From Bispira polyomma (Eukaryota): a DNA stretch of 64,000 nucleotides. The translations under genes were made by a program, and so were the position numbers. Under the pieces are notes generated by a model, which did not search any database, was not told the origin of the DNA, and saw nothing but the letters and a program-made list of their open reading frames with translations. Location of the stretch: positions 21,886,001 to 21,950,000 of the forward strand of contig OZ287749.1 in the NCBI GenBank assembly GCA_965649765.1. Direction: 5' to 3'. Positions 1 to 12,989 of the stretch are shown piece by piece. Numbering within the stretch: position 1 is the stretch's first letter; the number at the start of each line of letters is the position of its first letter.

Positions 1-1235
1 TTTCAAGCAGTATTCATCCATATATAGTCATTTTCTTGTTCAAAATGGTATTTTGGTAAAACAAGAGTTGTCATGTAAAAAAGACATAAGCACACAGTGT
101 AAAATACACTATCGTTGATATGGCCACTATATACTCAGGCCCCCAGGCTGCTACCGACAACAATAAATCTGACACCCCCTCAGTTTGGCCAGATCAGTTG
201 TTTCCAACTAATCCATGAAGGCCTTACACATTTTCCAAAATGGCGGCACCCTTTTCAGAATGCAAACAAAATCTGGCTGTGTCTAATAAAAATTTAAGAG
301 CAGTTCCTAGTTCCAACCTTACTTGTGGGCATGCTGGCAATCATTATTAAATGGCTCGCCATTACAAACAACATTGGATACAAACACTACCAAGGAGGTT
401 ATGTTTTTCCCTGTGTTCATTGGTTGGTTTGTAAAAATAGATAGATAAAATAGCTAGATAAAATATGTACAGAGCCTACTATGTATATATTGTTTATTAT
501 AGTGACATGTAACATTAATACATTTGATACAAAAAAGCAAAACAAATGTTACATGACTACATTTAGTTAAATGATGTGGCATGGGCCAAGGAATAACTAA
601 TTAAATGCTGAAACGGATCCAACTGGAATAGCCTATACAGGTGATATTTTTTTTTCATTTTTGACACTGTCACGCCTTTGCGGAGGTATGAGTTCTACTG
701 AATGTGCTTCTGATTGAATGTATTAATGTATTATAGAATGTAATCGTATAATTTTAAAATTATGTTGTGATGTAAGAATTCTCTACTTATCTTTATTTAA
801 TACAAATTTTAATCATATATTGGGATCAATGACTTTTGCAAATGGCATGAATTTTTTATTCCAAACTGCACCAGTTTATGATTTTTTAAAAATCTGTATA
901 TAATATATATACATATGTGTCTGCAACTGTAATGTTATCATAGTATGTTCTTAGAAGTTAAAAGTTCAAATTGATATCTTCTTTAATGTACAAGTAATGG
1001 GTTTCAGATGCTGTGCACTTGGTGTCCTTTTAGGCTAATTTTAACTTTTGTTTTGTTCTTTTCAAGTGGTATTCATAAACTTGTTAAAAAGTTAAAAGAG
1101 TCCATTACTTCAGCTGCAATACACACACACCTAGTACATTACCAGTAAAAAGACTACAGTAGTGTGTACTTTTTTGTTTACAGATTTACTATTTAAAACA
1201 AATTCCATGCAGAGGTCAATGGCTTTTTTTGTTAT

Positions 1236-1237
<2 letters not shown>

Positions 1238-1283
<46 letters not shown>
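1238..1283. repeat. (TA)n microsatellite
   Basis: Direct read. Confidence 0.95.
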
Positions 1284-1284
<1 letters not shown>

Positions 1285-2289
1285 AGGAAATAGTTGGGTT
1301 TTGTGGTGAGAAATAATCCTTGTTTGCATGTATTTTGGACAAACACATTGCCTGGCTTTAAAAGAAGACGTTTGAGAAGATATAGAAAATAGAAAATTTA
1401 TAATAGATGTTTTTTTTTGATTTGGATAAATTTTATCTTGCTACTAACTAACCATAATTACTAGAAAGAATATATATGTTGTGAAAATTAAATTTGTTAA
1501 ACTACTGGTACTGCTGTAACTGGATATATTGGTTAATAATCTCCTAGAAGCATTGATATTTTTAGCCCAAATAGATTGTGTGGTATTGAAAACAAAATGA
1601 CAACTAAATATATGGAACACTATATCGATGACATATTTAAAAGCAATCTTTTAAAATATTTTATTTCCAGTCACAAACAATGGGTGGGTGAACCTTTTAA
1701 CTGTTGGTTGGCATTAATTGTTACAGCACCAGTACAGTACATAGCATTGTTGGATTATTATTGTTAGTGTATCAAGGAAGCCACTTACATGTTAACGAAG
1801 ATATAACAGATGCCTATTGGAATCTACATGGTACTAGTATTCAACCTTTCATGGATTGTCGATGGTTCAGGTAAATTTTAAATCTAAAAATAGCAAGTAT
1901 AGTATTTTTTTTAAATTTTAAAGTCTAGGAAGTAAGATTGTGTATTTGTCAGTGTAAAGGTAAACAAGAAACTGGTCCATAATACATTTATAATATACAT
2001 GAATTAATGTAACCCATCCTTTAATGTGGGTTTTTACGTGTATTCATTATGATGATGAAGAGTTTACTGAATGTCTACATCTTAACATACTTTATTTTTC
2101 TTGAATTTACACTGGTTATAAATCTTGCATATACAATTTTTTTTAATTGATATAAAAAAACACGATAAGTTACAAATTCTAGATGGGTTCTGAGTTGATA
2201 TTATATTTAAAAAAATTAAATAATTACAATTTGAGGCATAAGGATTATATTTATCTCTTAGTGTAAGGGTTAACTTAATCATCGAATGA

Positions 2290-2500
2290 AGAACATAACT
2301 CTGAGAATTAATGACCCTCTCAAGTGGAATTATGGCAAAAACTATTTCTATACTGGGGGCCACTAATTGGAATAAAGCTGCATCTGCGAGGCTGGACATT
2401 ATTATTGTGTGACAAAAAGCTGGGGGTGACAAATGTTTATCCATTACTTGAAGGGGAGGAATTCTGGTCAAACGGACTTCACAAAATGACACGGGCATGG
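2290..2500 (+). repeat. Dispersed repeat, paralogous to ~5680-5890; possibly an old LINE 3' remnant
   Basis: Shared ccactaattggaataaa...gacattattattgt.tgac...gtgacaaatgttta...tgacac. Confidence 0.55.
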
Positions 2501-3612
2501 ATTACCATCCAATTAGTAGAAGGATTAAAATAAAGAAGTCTGGACCTTGAGATGGGGAAATGATCAGATATTCTGGAAATGATGCACTGACCAAATCCGT
2601 GAGTTGTATGTCTAAAACTCAGTCAAAACAATAGTAAAACGAAGGTTTTAAGTGCTGAGTAGATATCATGCAGACATAAGCTCTTGTAGTTTAAGGTTTT
2701 GATTTTCCTATTTTTGTTACTCAAAATGCCGTTTTAATATATTTGTTATCTAAAGGAAAAAGCATATATGTATGCCGTACAATAGTCAATGAACACTTTA
2801 AGTTTAAACATAAATCATATTTATATTCATTGTACAAATCCTGACCACGTGTTCAGTGCACGTATTTGCAAAGAAGCCACTGTCCACCCCACAACAAGAT
2901 GGCTTCTTTGGGCTTTTTTATTTTGGTACTTTGTGTCCAATTTGTCCTTGGTGAAGCGTGTGGACATAATAAGCCAGTTTAGGAGTAATTAGTGACAAGA
3001 TAAATGTCTAATGAAGGCACATTTAAGGTTGGAGAAATTGTTAGGCACTATTAAAGATTTTCGTATTTTCCAAGTATCTGTGTCTGAATTTGTGAGGTTT
3101 TTTGCTACCTCTGCTATGGGAGGTTATTATGGTTTATTACCCATGTCCATTCGTTTGTATTGTCACCAGGGCTTACACAAAAACTACTGAAATTATTTAC
3201 ACTCAACGTTTGGTTGAAAAAAGAATGGGGCAGATACCAAGGAGGAAGTTTCCATTACAATTTGGAGTGAATCAGGGTAGAAAGTTAAGGCAGATCCAAC
3301 AATTGTTGGCCCTTGGTACCCTGTACTGAGTGCCTATCATAGCTGTAATACAATGAACTCTATGATTCGTCAGTAGATTACATTATATAGCTATATTCCA
3401 CATATATAACAACTTAAGGTTTATGCAAAAAAGTATTATCTAGAAATATTTATATATCTGCAACTGTGGCCTACAGTTAGCTCGAAGGTCTACCCACTTA
3501 AAATGATGGCTCTCTCTCTAACTGGACCCTAGCAACAGTGGCAGGCTAAGCGGGGAACTAGACCTATCCTAGTTCACTGGTACCTAAATCCTTAACAGTA
3601 TTCGCGGAGGGT

Positions 3613-3874
3613 TTGAATTTGAATTTGAATTTGGATATTTAACGTCCACTCTAGTACTTGTTTAGGCTATATTGGGACGAGTAGTTGAAAACGCTGGAGG
3701 AAACACTGCATACAGTCGATCAAGGTTCTGCACTGAAACCAGCGGCCCACAGTAAGGAACTACCACCTTTCCCACATAGGCATCGACGGGATTGGAACTC
3801 ACGCCGCCCAGAGGTGAGAGACCAGTGATTGTGAAGCGCAATGCTTGCTAACCACTAGGCCACCACGACTCCTA
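3613..3874 (-). mobile_element. tRNA-derived SINE, family 1 (Meta-SINE-like body), full length
   Basis: Minus strand has A box TGGCCTAGTGG, B-box-like GAGTTCCAATCC and a (CAAATT)n tail. TSD tattcgcggagggt (3599-3612) / tattcgcagaaggt (3875-3888). Homologous to the 6348 and 10196 copies. Confidence 0.88.
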
Positions 3875-6347
3875 TATTCGCAGAAGGTAACCATATAGTT
3901 CAACCATAAAAACAGCAAATAGCACCGATTTACCTCATTCATATAAATTGAAAAAGCTTATGGACTTTTTTTTGACGAAATGTGGATGAAAATGGCAACT
4001 TTTGCCAAAAACATAATTGCAAATATGGGAAATGTATTAGTATACATGTAACAGAAACAAGATGAAGATAAATTAATTGCCAGTATATTTGTGAGTTTAA
4101 GAAATATATAATTGTACAATGTGTCAAAAAGCCTCACTCCAAACAATAAAGATCTGGCTAAATGATTTTTGAACAGCGGAAAATCAAATAAATAATGAGT
4201 AGTTATCCTCTCTGTCAGCCTGACAGGAAGGACAAGAACTGTTTTCTATAAAATAGAACATTTTCTACTGTGATTAGGACCACTTAATCCCATTCTGATT
4301 CTGTTGTGGTATATAGCTGAAGTACCTTAGGTAAATTTTATTGAATGTAGATTTATATTTTATTTCTTGATAAATAATAATGAAATAAATAATAAAATAA
4401 ATATTTCAATTAATGAAGCTGACCTAATCACAAATAGTACAAATATGAATACCACTTTGAATTACTACAAATATTATACAAGTTGCAGATACACCTATTC
4501 AAATTTATATCACATGTTACTTATACTTAGACTATCCTGGACCTTATAAATTTGAGCCCGGGTAAGGGACCTAGGGCCAATTATAACACATGTACAATAG
4601 ATAAGTATAATAGAGATATCAATAGGTTTCATTGAAAAGAGACATTTTTACAGTTACATAATTTTTCTCCAGTATCTAAAAAAATATTTCTGCTATTTCT
4701 AATGTAACAAACGCTATTGGTAAGATGTAGTCATTGTATCTTGACAATTCTTTATTCTACGTCATTTGTTTTATAGTGTTTTTGTGGGAGAGAATATTTA
4801 GAAACTTTCGTCAAATCAAATTTCCACCATCGTTAAGTTACTATCATGTGCTGCACTTTTAGGTGTTTATTTCGATCAAAAATCTCATCGTGGAATTCTG
4901 TCTTTAAAGATGAAATAGAAGTGTTTTTTTTTTGTCTGTTTAAAGATCATTTTATTATTTCTGCATTGTTATATATTTTGAGGTCATTGACTAAGTTAAT
5001 CTTAGGGTCTAACTTTTATAAAGACTTCGAAAACTGCTGAATCATGTACCAAGTTAAAGAGCAGTGTTTTTAGTGGATTAAGGTAGTAATCAACAAAAAG
5101 CAAGCTTATTACTCCACGAGTCGAGAGGCCCTTCAAAGCTGGTAATGAAGAAATAACATTAGTAGTGGCTAGTGGCGACGTGAGAGTAACGTTATAGCAG
5201 CCTGGTAAAGGCGTTTATGTAGTATATTGCTCTGTAAAATGTTTCTGAGAAAGAGCTGTTGTAGTTAAACATTCCATTTTTATCAAATCATAAAAATACT
5301 TTTGTGAATCAATTATTTTTAACTGTGTACTTTGTTCAGAGTAGAAACTTATTTTGATGCAAGTTAATGTCTCTAATTTATATTGCAAGTTAATATTATA
5401 TATAGAGAAAAATTAAATTTTCTATATTTTTAAGGGTCATAGTGAAAAAAACACAAACAAATCTGATATTTGTATTTTAAATTAATGTTTAAATTTTATT
5501 GACTTAAAAAAATTTTTTTTTTATAATTAAAGGTCGCAAAAATTACACAAAGTCAGTATTTTTTAATTTCATTGTTTTTATTTATATTGATGTTTGCATT
5601 AAAATCAAATTGTTTATCTGGTCATGGAGTAAAGTTATAATATATTAACTGTTTTCCTTTTTTTATTACGAATTATGGTGAATTCTGATGACAAGCTCAG
5701 TGGAAATATGAAATGAACAAGCTCTTTTAGACCCACTAATTGGAATAAATGTGCGGCCTCCTGGTTAGACATTATTATTGTATGACTGAAATTAGCTTGA
5801 CAAAAGTGTGACAAATGTTTATACCTGACTTGAACTATGTGTGGGGGAGGAAGGATGTATGGCCAAATGGACTCCATAAATGACACCAAAAATGCATTAC
5901 TTTCCAACTGTATGGTCGTGGTAGTTAGGATAATAGTGTGTGTGTAATCCTGTGAAGACAAAATTGTAATATCAATATCCACATTATGATGCAAACAAGG
6001 TTATATTCTAGTACTTTACAATGAAACACATATAATAAACAAGAAAACCTAGAACTGTTTCACACTAATAAACCAAACGTCTTGTGGAAAAAAGCTATGC
6101 CTAATTGCATGGGTCACACAGTGACCAATTAGGGCGGTGAATCATGGCGAATAGGCAAATCGCCTTAGTTGGTAGCTAATTCTTGTTAAATATTTCACCT
6201 TCTTCAATGCTCCCCAAGCTTTGTCGTTAGGCTACGATAATTTTGAAATGTTTAAAATTGTCAAAGTCCCCATCACTCGCCGTTTGTAATTTTTCTGTCT
6301 AAAAGGCGCCATGAATTGAATGCAGCTTCTTTATTTTGATAGCTTCC

Positions 6348-6600
6348 AGGGCCACGGTGGCCTAATGGTTAGCAGGCATTGTGCTTCACAATCACTGGTC
6401 CCTCACCTCTGGGCAGCGTGAGTTCGACTCGTGTCAATGCCTATGTGGGAAAGGTGGTAGTTCCTTACTGTGGGCCACTGGTTTCAGTGCAGAACCTTGA
6501 TCAACTGGATGCAGTGTTTCCTCTAGCGTTTCCAACTACCCGTCCCAATATAACCTAAACAGGTACTACAGTGGACGTTAAATATCCCAATTCAAATTTG
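6348..6600 (+). mobile_element. tRNA-derived SINE, family 1, full length
   Basis: A box TGGCCTAATGG, B box GAGTTCGACTC, tail gacgttaaatatcccaattcaaatt. TSD tgatagcttcc (6337-6347) / tggtagcttcc (6601-6611). Confidence 0.9.
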
Positions 6601-6946
6601 TGGTAGCTTCCTTATACAAACATTCACCATCCCATACATATAATAAGAAGCCACATTTTTTAGCATCCTAGGGCCAGGCGCTGCTGAGCTATTGCAAAGC
6701 CACTACCAATTTGGGCTTAAATATAGCATGGTTAAAAAGTTTTTAATGTGGTATTGATTGAGCTCCACAAATGTAGGTGATGCAACAGCAAAAGCTTGGT
6801 TGCCATATAAAATCCACTAGACCAATAATAGTTACAACAGTTTACAACCAGGTTCAAGTGATAACTATCAACTACCTACTTTTGATTTGTAGTTTAGAAT
6901 AGATCAGGATCCACCTCAACCAAGGTGCTAAAGTGTTAAGTTTGTG

Positions 6947-7186
6947 GACCGTATTCACATAATGTCTCAGTCTTAATTTAGTCTTAAGCTAAAGATTTTG
7001 TTCTTTGATTTTGACCGAAAAAGGTTAAGCTTTTGGTCTCACTTCCAGTGACAACAAGAAAAGACCTTTGGTTTGTGTTGAATTGTTCTTAGCACTAAGA
7101 CTAGCAGTAGGCAACCTTACATATTTGATATGTAAATGTTAAACTTAAGACTACTCTAAGACTAAGACCTCTTTGTGAATACGGTC
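6947..7186. mobile_element. MITE with 13-bp perfect TIRs (PIF/Harbinger-like); related copies at ~34396-34580 and ~59412-59611
   Basis: gaccgtattcaca ... tgtgaatacggtc, with an extended subterminal inverted match (gtcttaatttagtcttaag / cttaagactactctaagac). Confidence 0.75.
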
Positions 7187-9391
7187 TTAGGTTTTTCCTC
7201 TCTTCTACCCAGAACAACTGACAAATTTAATGGACTCTTCCTTGACCCATGCCCCCCTCCCATTCATTGGTCATTGTGTCATTCTGTTGACAAACTGACC
7301 AACCAAGGGACAACAAATATTAACCTTCTTGGCAGAGGTTAAAATAGCAAGATTGGAAGAACTCTAAGACTAGATTAAAAGAGCAAGATTGAAAGAACTC
7401 TATGAATAGATTCTACCACTGAGTCCCACAATAGCATTAGCCTTGTTAGGAACAAACAATCAAGAAGCTTAAACAAAGGTATTTTATTATAAAGTTTACC
7501 GACCGCAGTCACAAACATTCACAAAATACAATTCTCAGACTGTTCTTAGTCTCAGTCAATCAGATTCTCTGAAACAGTACTTTTTAGCCAATCAAATTGG
7601 CTAAAAGACAAAAATATAAGAATAAAAATCTTTGTGCATATCTGCCTATTAAAAACAGTTAAAAGTTAAGTGAATGTACATGCATACCTTCAATCAAAGA
7701 TTGCTGTTTACAATGTTGGGTCCGCTCTTAGTTAGGTTTAAGCATTATAGGCCTTAGTAAGGCTAATACAACTCTCGCTTCCATCATTTTACTGAAGCAG
7801 AAATTCAAGCCAAACAACCAACCCAATTCTGTCACCTATCAGGTTGAAATAAGCTAACTCTTCAGATACAAGAGAGGCTATTGGACATTTCTCTTCTGAC
7901 AAGTTTTTTTTAGGGTTCTTTTATACTACTAGTACTACTAGTTCGCCAATCTGTCTAGAAATACACCATACTTCTAAGTTTATATTTACTTTCAATAACC
8001 AGCTTATTTATCATTTATGATATGTCTCAGTCACTTCATTGTGTACTATCATCTGCATATAGAACCTTTTTTGTTGTTAAATTGCTAAAATTAATCATAT
8101 GATCAGCTTGTATGGGGAGGAGGGGGGTGGGGTATTCTGAGATTAATACATATTTAAAGCAAGAATATCACAAAGCAAAGTATGTCCTGAGAACAAATAC
8201 TGCATTACTAGAAAATTTTATCTGAAGGAAAGTTTTACAAATTTACAATTTCATTGGAATAATTTTGAATTCTTAATTTAAAATATCAATACAAATTTTC
8301 ATTGGGACCTATTTTTCACTCTGCCAAATTCATTAGGCTAATATTTATAGCCAGTGAACATTTCCACTTATACTGGTATACAGTATATAAACAAGCCCTT
8401 GCTAGCAATGCATTGGAACAGACTACTTGGCATATGTTGCCACAGCTTTGGTGATTTTACCTTTTATCTTATTCAAAGGCAAAATACACACATACATTTG
8501 ATTGACAGAACAATCGATTTTGGCTCGCCACCCCTATAGCCTCATTACAACAGCCACTCTTATCTGTTTAAAATGCCATCTCATTAGAGACCTACCTGGT
8601 TTTATATACCAGGCTTATATACTTTTATATCATATATATTGGATATTCGGGTTTTCAAATAAAATGTGTCCTAGCCTTTTTAGTAGCATCATAGTACACA
8701 CAATATTAGATCTAGATGGAATTTTAGATACATAGTGTTTGTTTGAGGATAAACTAGGACTTCAAGAAACCTGGGATAATTGGGCAACAGGAGTTTGTAA
8801 ATATTTAAATGAATTGTAAAATTGTAAGTATGAATATTGACAGAGGGGCTATTTGGATATTGATAACATATATATATATATATGCTGGCAGTGCAATGCG
8901 GCGTTGTCCCAAAAAGTTTTACCATCTGGTATATTATTAATATATCGCTTTTATATACAACCGTGAGATAATATACCTTGGCTATGTCTATTTAGAAAAT
9001 GTTCTAAATTTTCTCAAACTGAAGCACAGGAATCTGAAATATTCTTATTTTTTTATGAGGATTTGGAGATTTTTCCAATGACATGTTGTAATCAGATCCT
9101 TGTATGCAAAGTAACATGTGAAATGTGTGTAGTACAAACCACTTACTCCACAGAGATCACAATTTGTGCCGTGCCATGCAGCACCATGTATATGCAAAGC
9201 CCTTAAGCTCAGGTTATGCTGATTGATGGCTGGTTGGGCCGAAAAGCTATTTCTGGAAAAAGAGACGTCTGCATTTTGCGTTAATTTGTTTATTACACAG
9301 AATAAAAGAAATTAATGTCAAATATCTAGTTGTTAAATGGCAAACAGAAAACAGTAATATCCTAGACTATAAGAAGAAATCTACAGAGCCC

Positions 9392-9670
9392 GGGGCTACA
9401 CCATGATTTATTACAGGTCACATGACCTTGTTTAAACCAATGGAATTGCGCTAAATATACCATGACTTACAACAGGTCGTGTGACCGTGTTTGAACCCAT
9501 GTAAATCGCTAGATTTTGAGGTAAAAATAATGCTTTATGCATGCACGGAAGCTACTAAAGCTACATTGAGTGTCACTGAATTAACACAATAAAATCCGAG
9601 TTCCAACACCGGTTGGACTCGGTATGACTCCTGACAAGCTTGTTTTTAAACTCTTTCTAGGTTTGGCCCC
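9392..9670. mobile_element. Probable MITE with short imperfect TIRs and an internal ~60-bp direct repeat
   Basis: ggggctacacc ... ggtttggcccc; two internal copies of accatga..acaggtc..tgacc.tgttt.aacc.atg. Confidence 0.45.
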
Positions 9671-10039
9671 TGGCCTTAAATACACAGATTTTTACAAAAA
9701 AAAATCATTCAATAATTTGCACGAGCTGAGACAAATTAGACTGAGTTCTTATGAGTTGTGAAGAGTAATGTTAGAGTCTTTAAGAGTTCCATCAAGAGCT
9801 AACTCGGGAAGGCGTGACACTTGTCTTTACACACTGAGGTCAAAGTAGATTTCCACACACGACTGTTCTAATAACAGTGTGTATGAAGAAATAGAAGGGA
9901 TATCCAGTATATATTTATAAATCTAAATGGAACTTCTGGACAACATACTGGCTGTTTCCAAATATGAGCGGTATGCAAAATCTGCTACCGCAAAGTGATT
10001 ATGATAAACTTTCCTAGAAAATATGTGAACACTGTTTTG

Positions 10040-10197
10040 TACAGTAAATATGATGTATGCATGGTACTGGGTACAGTAAATATGTTGTATGCATGGTACG
10101 GGGTACAGTGAATATTTGTTGTATGCCTGGTAAGGGGCACACTAAATATGTTGTATGCATGGTACCGTGTACAGTAAATTTGGGTTGTGTGCATGGT
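10040..10197. repeat. ~31-33-bp minisatellite, about 5 copies
   Basis: Repeated tacagtaaatatgttgtatgcatggtac(t)gggg. Confidence 0.8.
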
Positions 10198-10392
10198 TGA
10201 ATTTGAATTGGGATATTTAACGTCCACTATAGTACCTGTTTAGGTTATACTGGACATGTAGTTGGAAACACTGGAGGAAACATTGCATAGAGTTGATCAA
10301 GGTTCTGCACAGAAACCAGGAGTCAAACCCACTCCCGCCGATCCCAGAGGTGAGAGACCAGTGATTGTGAAGCGGAATGCTTGCTAACCACT
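10196..10392 (-). mobile_element. tRNA-derived SINE, family 1, internally deleted copy
   Basis: Same tail and body as 3613-3874, with the gtgggaaagg segment missing. Confidence 0.85.
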
Positions 10393-10696
10393 GCTCTGCA
10401 GTTCATTAGGCATGTACAATATATAGCACAAGATTGTTCACCCAAGAGAAGAATACAAGAATGTACAACTTAAATACTATACAACAGACACACACTAATA
10501 CCTTACAGCACACACACACATACACAGCATAACAACAACAGCTATGCAGTGGTCCTAGGGGGGCTACAGGCCGTTTGTATTCCGAACTGATGCCAATCAA
10601 AGATAGCAGAGGCGGCCAAGCATTGCGTTTTCAGGCATTTGTCTTCGTTTGCGAACAGGTCATCAAAAACCCAGGGAAGCTCGATTAGGCTTTAAA

Positions 10697-10730
10697 GAGA
10701 GACAGGGAGAGAGAGAGAGAGAGAGAGAGA
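10697..10730. repeat. (GA)n microsatellite (another at 18523-18543)
   Basis: Direct read. Confidence 0.9.
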
Positions 10731-12924
10731 CTAGTGGTGGGGTTATATATATATAAACTTACTAAGTCCCTTTAAATGTGGATAGCAACAGGCCTATTAT
10801 GCAATAGTTAGACCAGAGATGTGTCATATAAACATATATAGTCTAGAAGGAGTGAATGTGATTATGTATTATGTCGGCTGATGCTTCATTCATTAATTAG
10901 ACACAAATGTCCTTGATGCATCAACGGATATTGCCACTAGGCGCGGTGTGGATGTATTTCTCAGTAAAAAGGTGGGGAAGGGGGTTATTGAGTAGGAGGC
11001 AAGAGGGATGGGGAAACTCTTGAATATAAGTAGTGGGGAGTGTGTGTTGTGTGGGGGAGAGGGATGTTGCTTATTGGCGGCTCAAGTTGGCAGGTGGCGT
11101 GTGTGGAGTCTACCCGTCATAACTGATTCCAGATTTTGACTGATGAAAGAGGGACAAAATATAATATTCTTGACTTGAGTTCATTGAGGGGGGTGGGCTC
11201 AGCAGTAAATATAAATAAATATTTTTCCCTCCCCTTTGAAAAGAACAAGGATATGATGATCACAGTGTATATGATTTTAAAAGTTAATATTTTGCACTGA
11301 AGAAATTTTGTTTGGTTCGCCAGCATATATTGTTGTTTTTGTTGCTTATTGTGGGTGAATAATTTTTTTTTATGTTTTGTTATATGTTTACAGATAGCAG
11401 ATAATATACTTTGAGAAGATGTCAAGGAACTGAAGCATTTGTGAAGAGGATTGACTTATAAACAAACACTAATTCTGTGCTTAAAAAATAAAAGATAGTT
11501 TCTGAAGAGTATATGAGGACTATACATTGTTATCTATGGAATAGGATGGAGAGACATCAAAAAATGTTGTGATATTGCTTTGTTTTTGTTCATAGCTAGT
11601 GCATTAATTGGATTTTACTAGACAGCTGGAATGGACCATAAAGAAAGCTAAACGCCAAAAACTAAAATTGCCAAGGGATAAAACAGAACTAAAAGGACAC
11701 AGATTGTAAGGATATAATAGATGTATATTACCCTAGGTTTTAAATGGTGTGACAAAACAGCCTCATCACAAGAATGAAAAAGGAGTACACATTCAATCTT
11801 ATGACACAACGTTTTTATGGTATTTTTAATTTTAAATCACCCAAACTTTATTTCATTATCATGTAGTGTCTAATGTAATCTTCTTTGGTTGAATTTCGCA
11901 ATTTACTAAATATTTTCAAAATCAGATGGATATTTGAAATGGTTAAAATTCACTCAAATATAGAATTGAATATATTTTTTGACTGATTAAATGGTGATGA
12001 CCATTTATATGAACTAATATCAGTTTAATAGTTGGTCAACATTCCAAATTTTGAGATATAACTGGTGGTGTAAGTTGTAGTGTGTCATGTATATGTTAAA
12101 GAAAACAATATTACTATGGTACATGCGTACATATATCCTCGATCTGCCGGTTTTCGATCACGTAAGAGGAACATTGTGCAGTAGATTACCTGTTATTGCA
12201 CTGATCGATAACAAAAAATAGTACATATGACAAATTTGTTGAAAACACTGACGTTTCAATAATGCGCACATCAACTATACACTGTGTCAAGATGCCACAA
12301 GTTCATATATAAAATGTAACTTATTAAGAGTATATCACACCATTCGATTCTTGACCATGACAAGTGAGAAAGTTGGCAGTAGACTTGCTGAAGGCCTGCT
12401 GTTTAGAATGCACAAAACATTGACCAACTACCCTTGAAAACTTACCTCCACCCATAAACTGCCCATTTTATATACTAATATAGAAGGCTTATGAAAAGGG
12501 AATAATAAATCTACATGTTATGGAGTTAATTGGATATATATAAAAATGTATATATGTATTTGCCAGACATTCTATATGTAACATATATGGATTTGAAATT
12601 TAATTTAATAGATTAGTTACAAATTGTATAGAATATTAAATTATTTATTTTTCAATTTAAATTTAATTCTGTCAATAGTTTGTTGTACGGAACACTATGA
12701 CATTAAATTGTTACTATGACATTAAATATATACAAGCTTGTAAAATAGATACTTCTCCTTCAAGTCAATTTTAAGTCAACTATAGAAACAAAATTGTGTA
12801 TAATATTAATATATTTGACAGTTAAAAATCTTTTAGAATTTACACTTTTCAGCCTTTTCCAGTAAATGTAGAAAAAATGCTATGTAAATGTATCATTACA
12901 TTGTTTTGTTACCTAGAACTAAAC

Positions 12925-12947
12925 TTTTTTTTTGGCTTTTCTTTTAG
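12925..12947 (+). other. 3' splice acceptor upstream of the GPCR coding exon (implies an upstream 5'UTR exon)
   Basis: ttttttttggcttttcttttag|caatctg, 42 nt before the ATG. Confidence 0.7.
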
Positions 12948-12989
12948 CAATCTGAAAGCTCTTCTTTGTTTATAACTGCCTCCCTCCTG

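Noticed and set aside
6348-6432. tRNA gene
   Set aside because: A and B boxes are present, but they are followed by a SINE body, repeat tail and TSD, with no complete cloverleaf.
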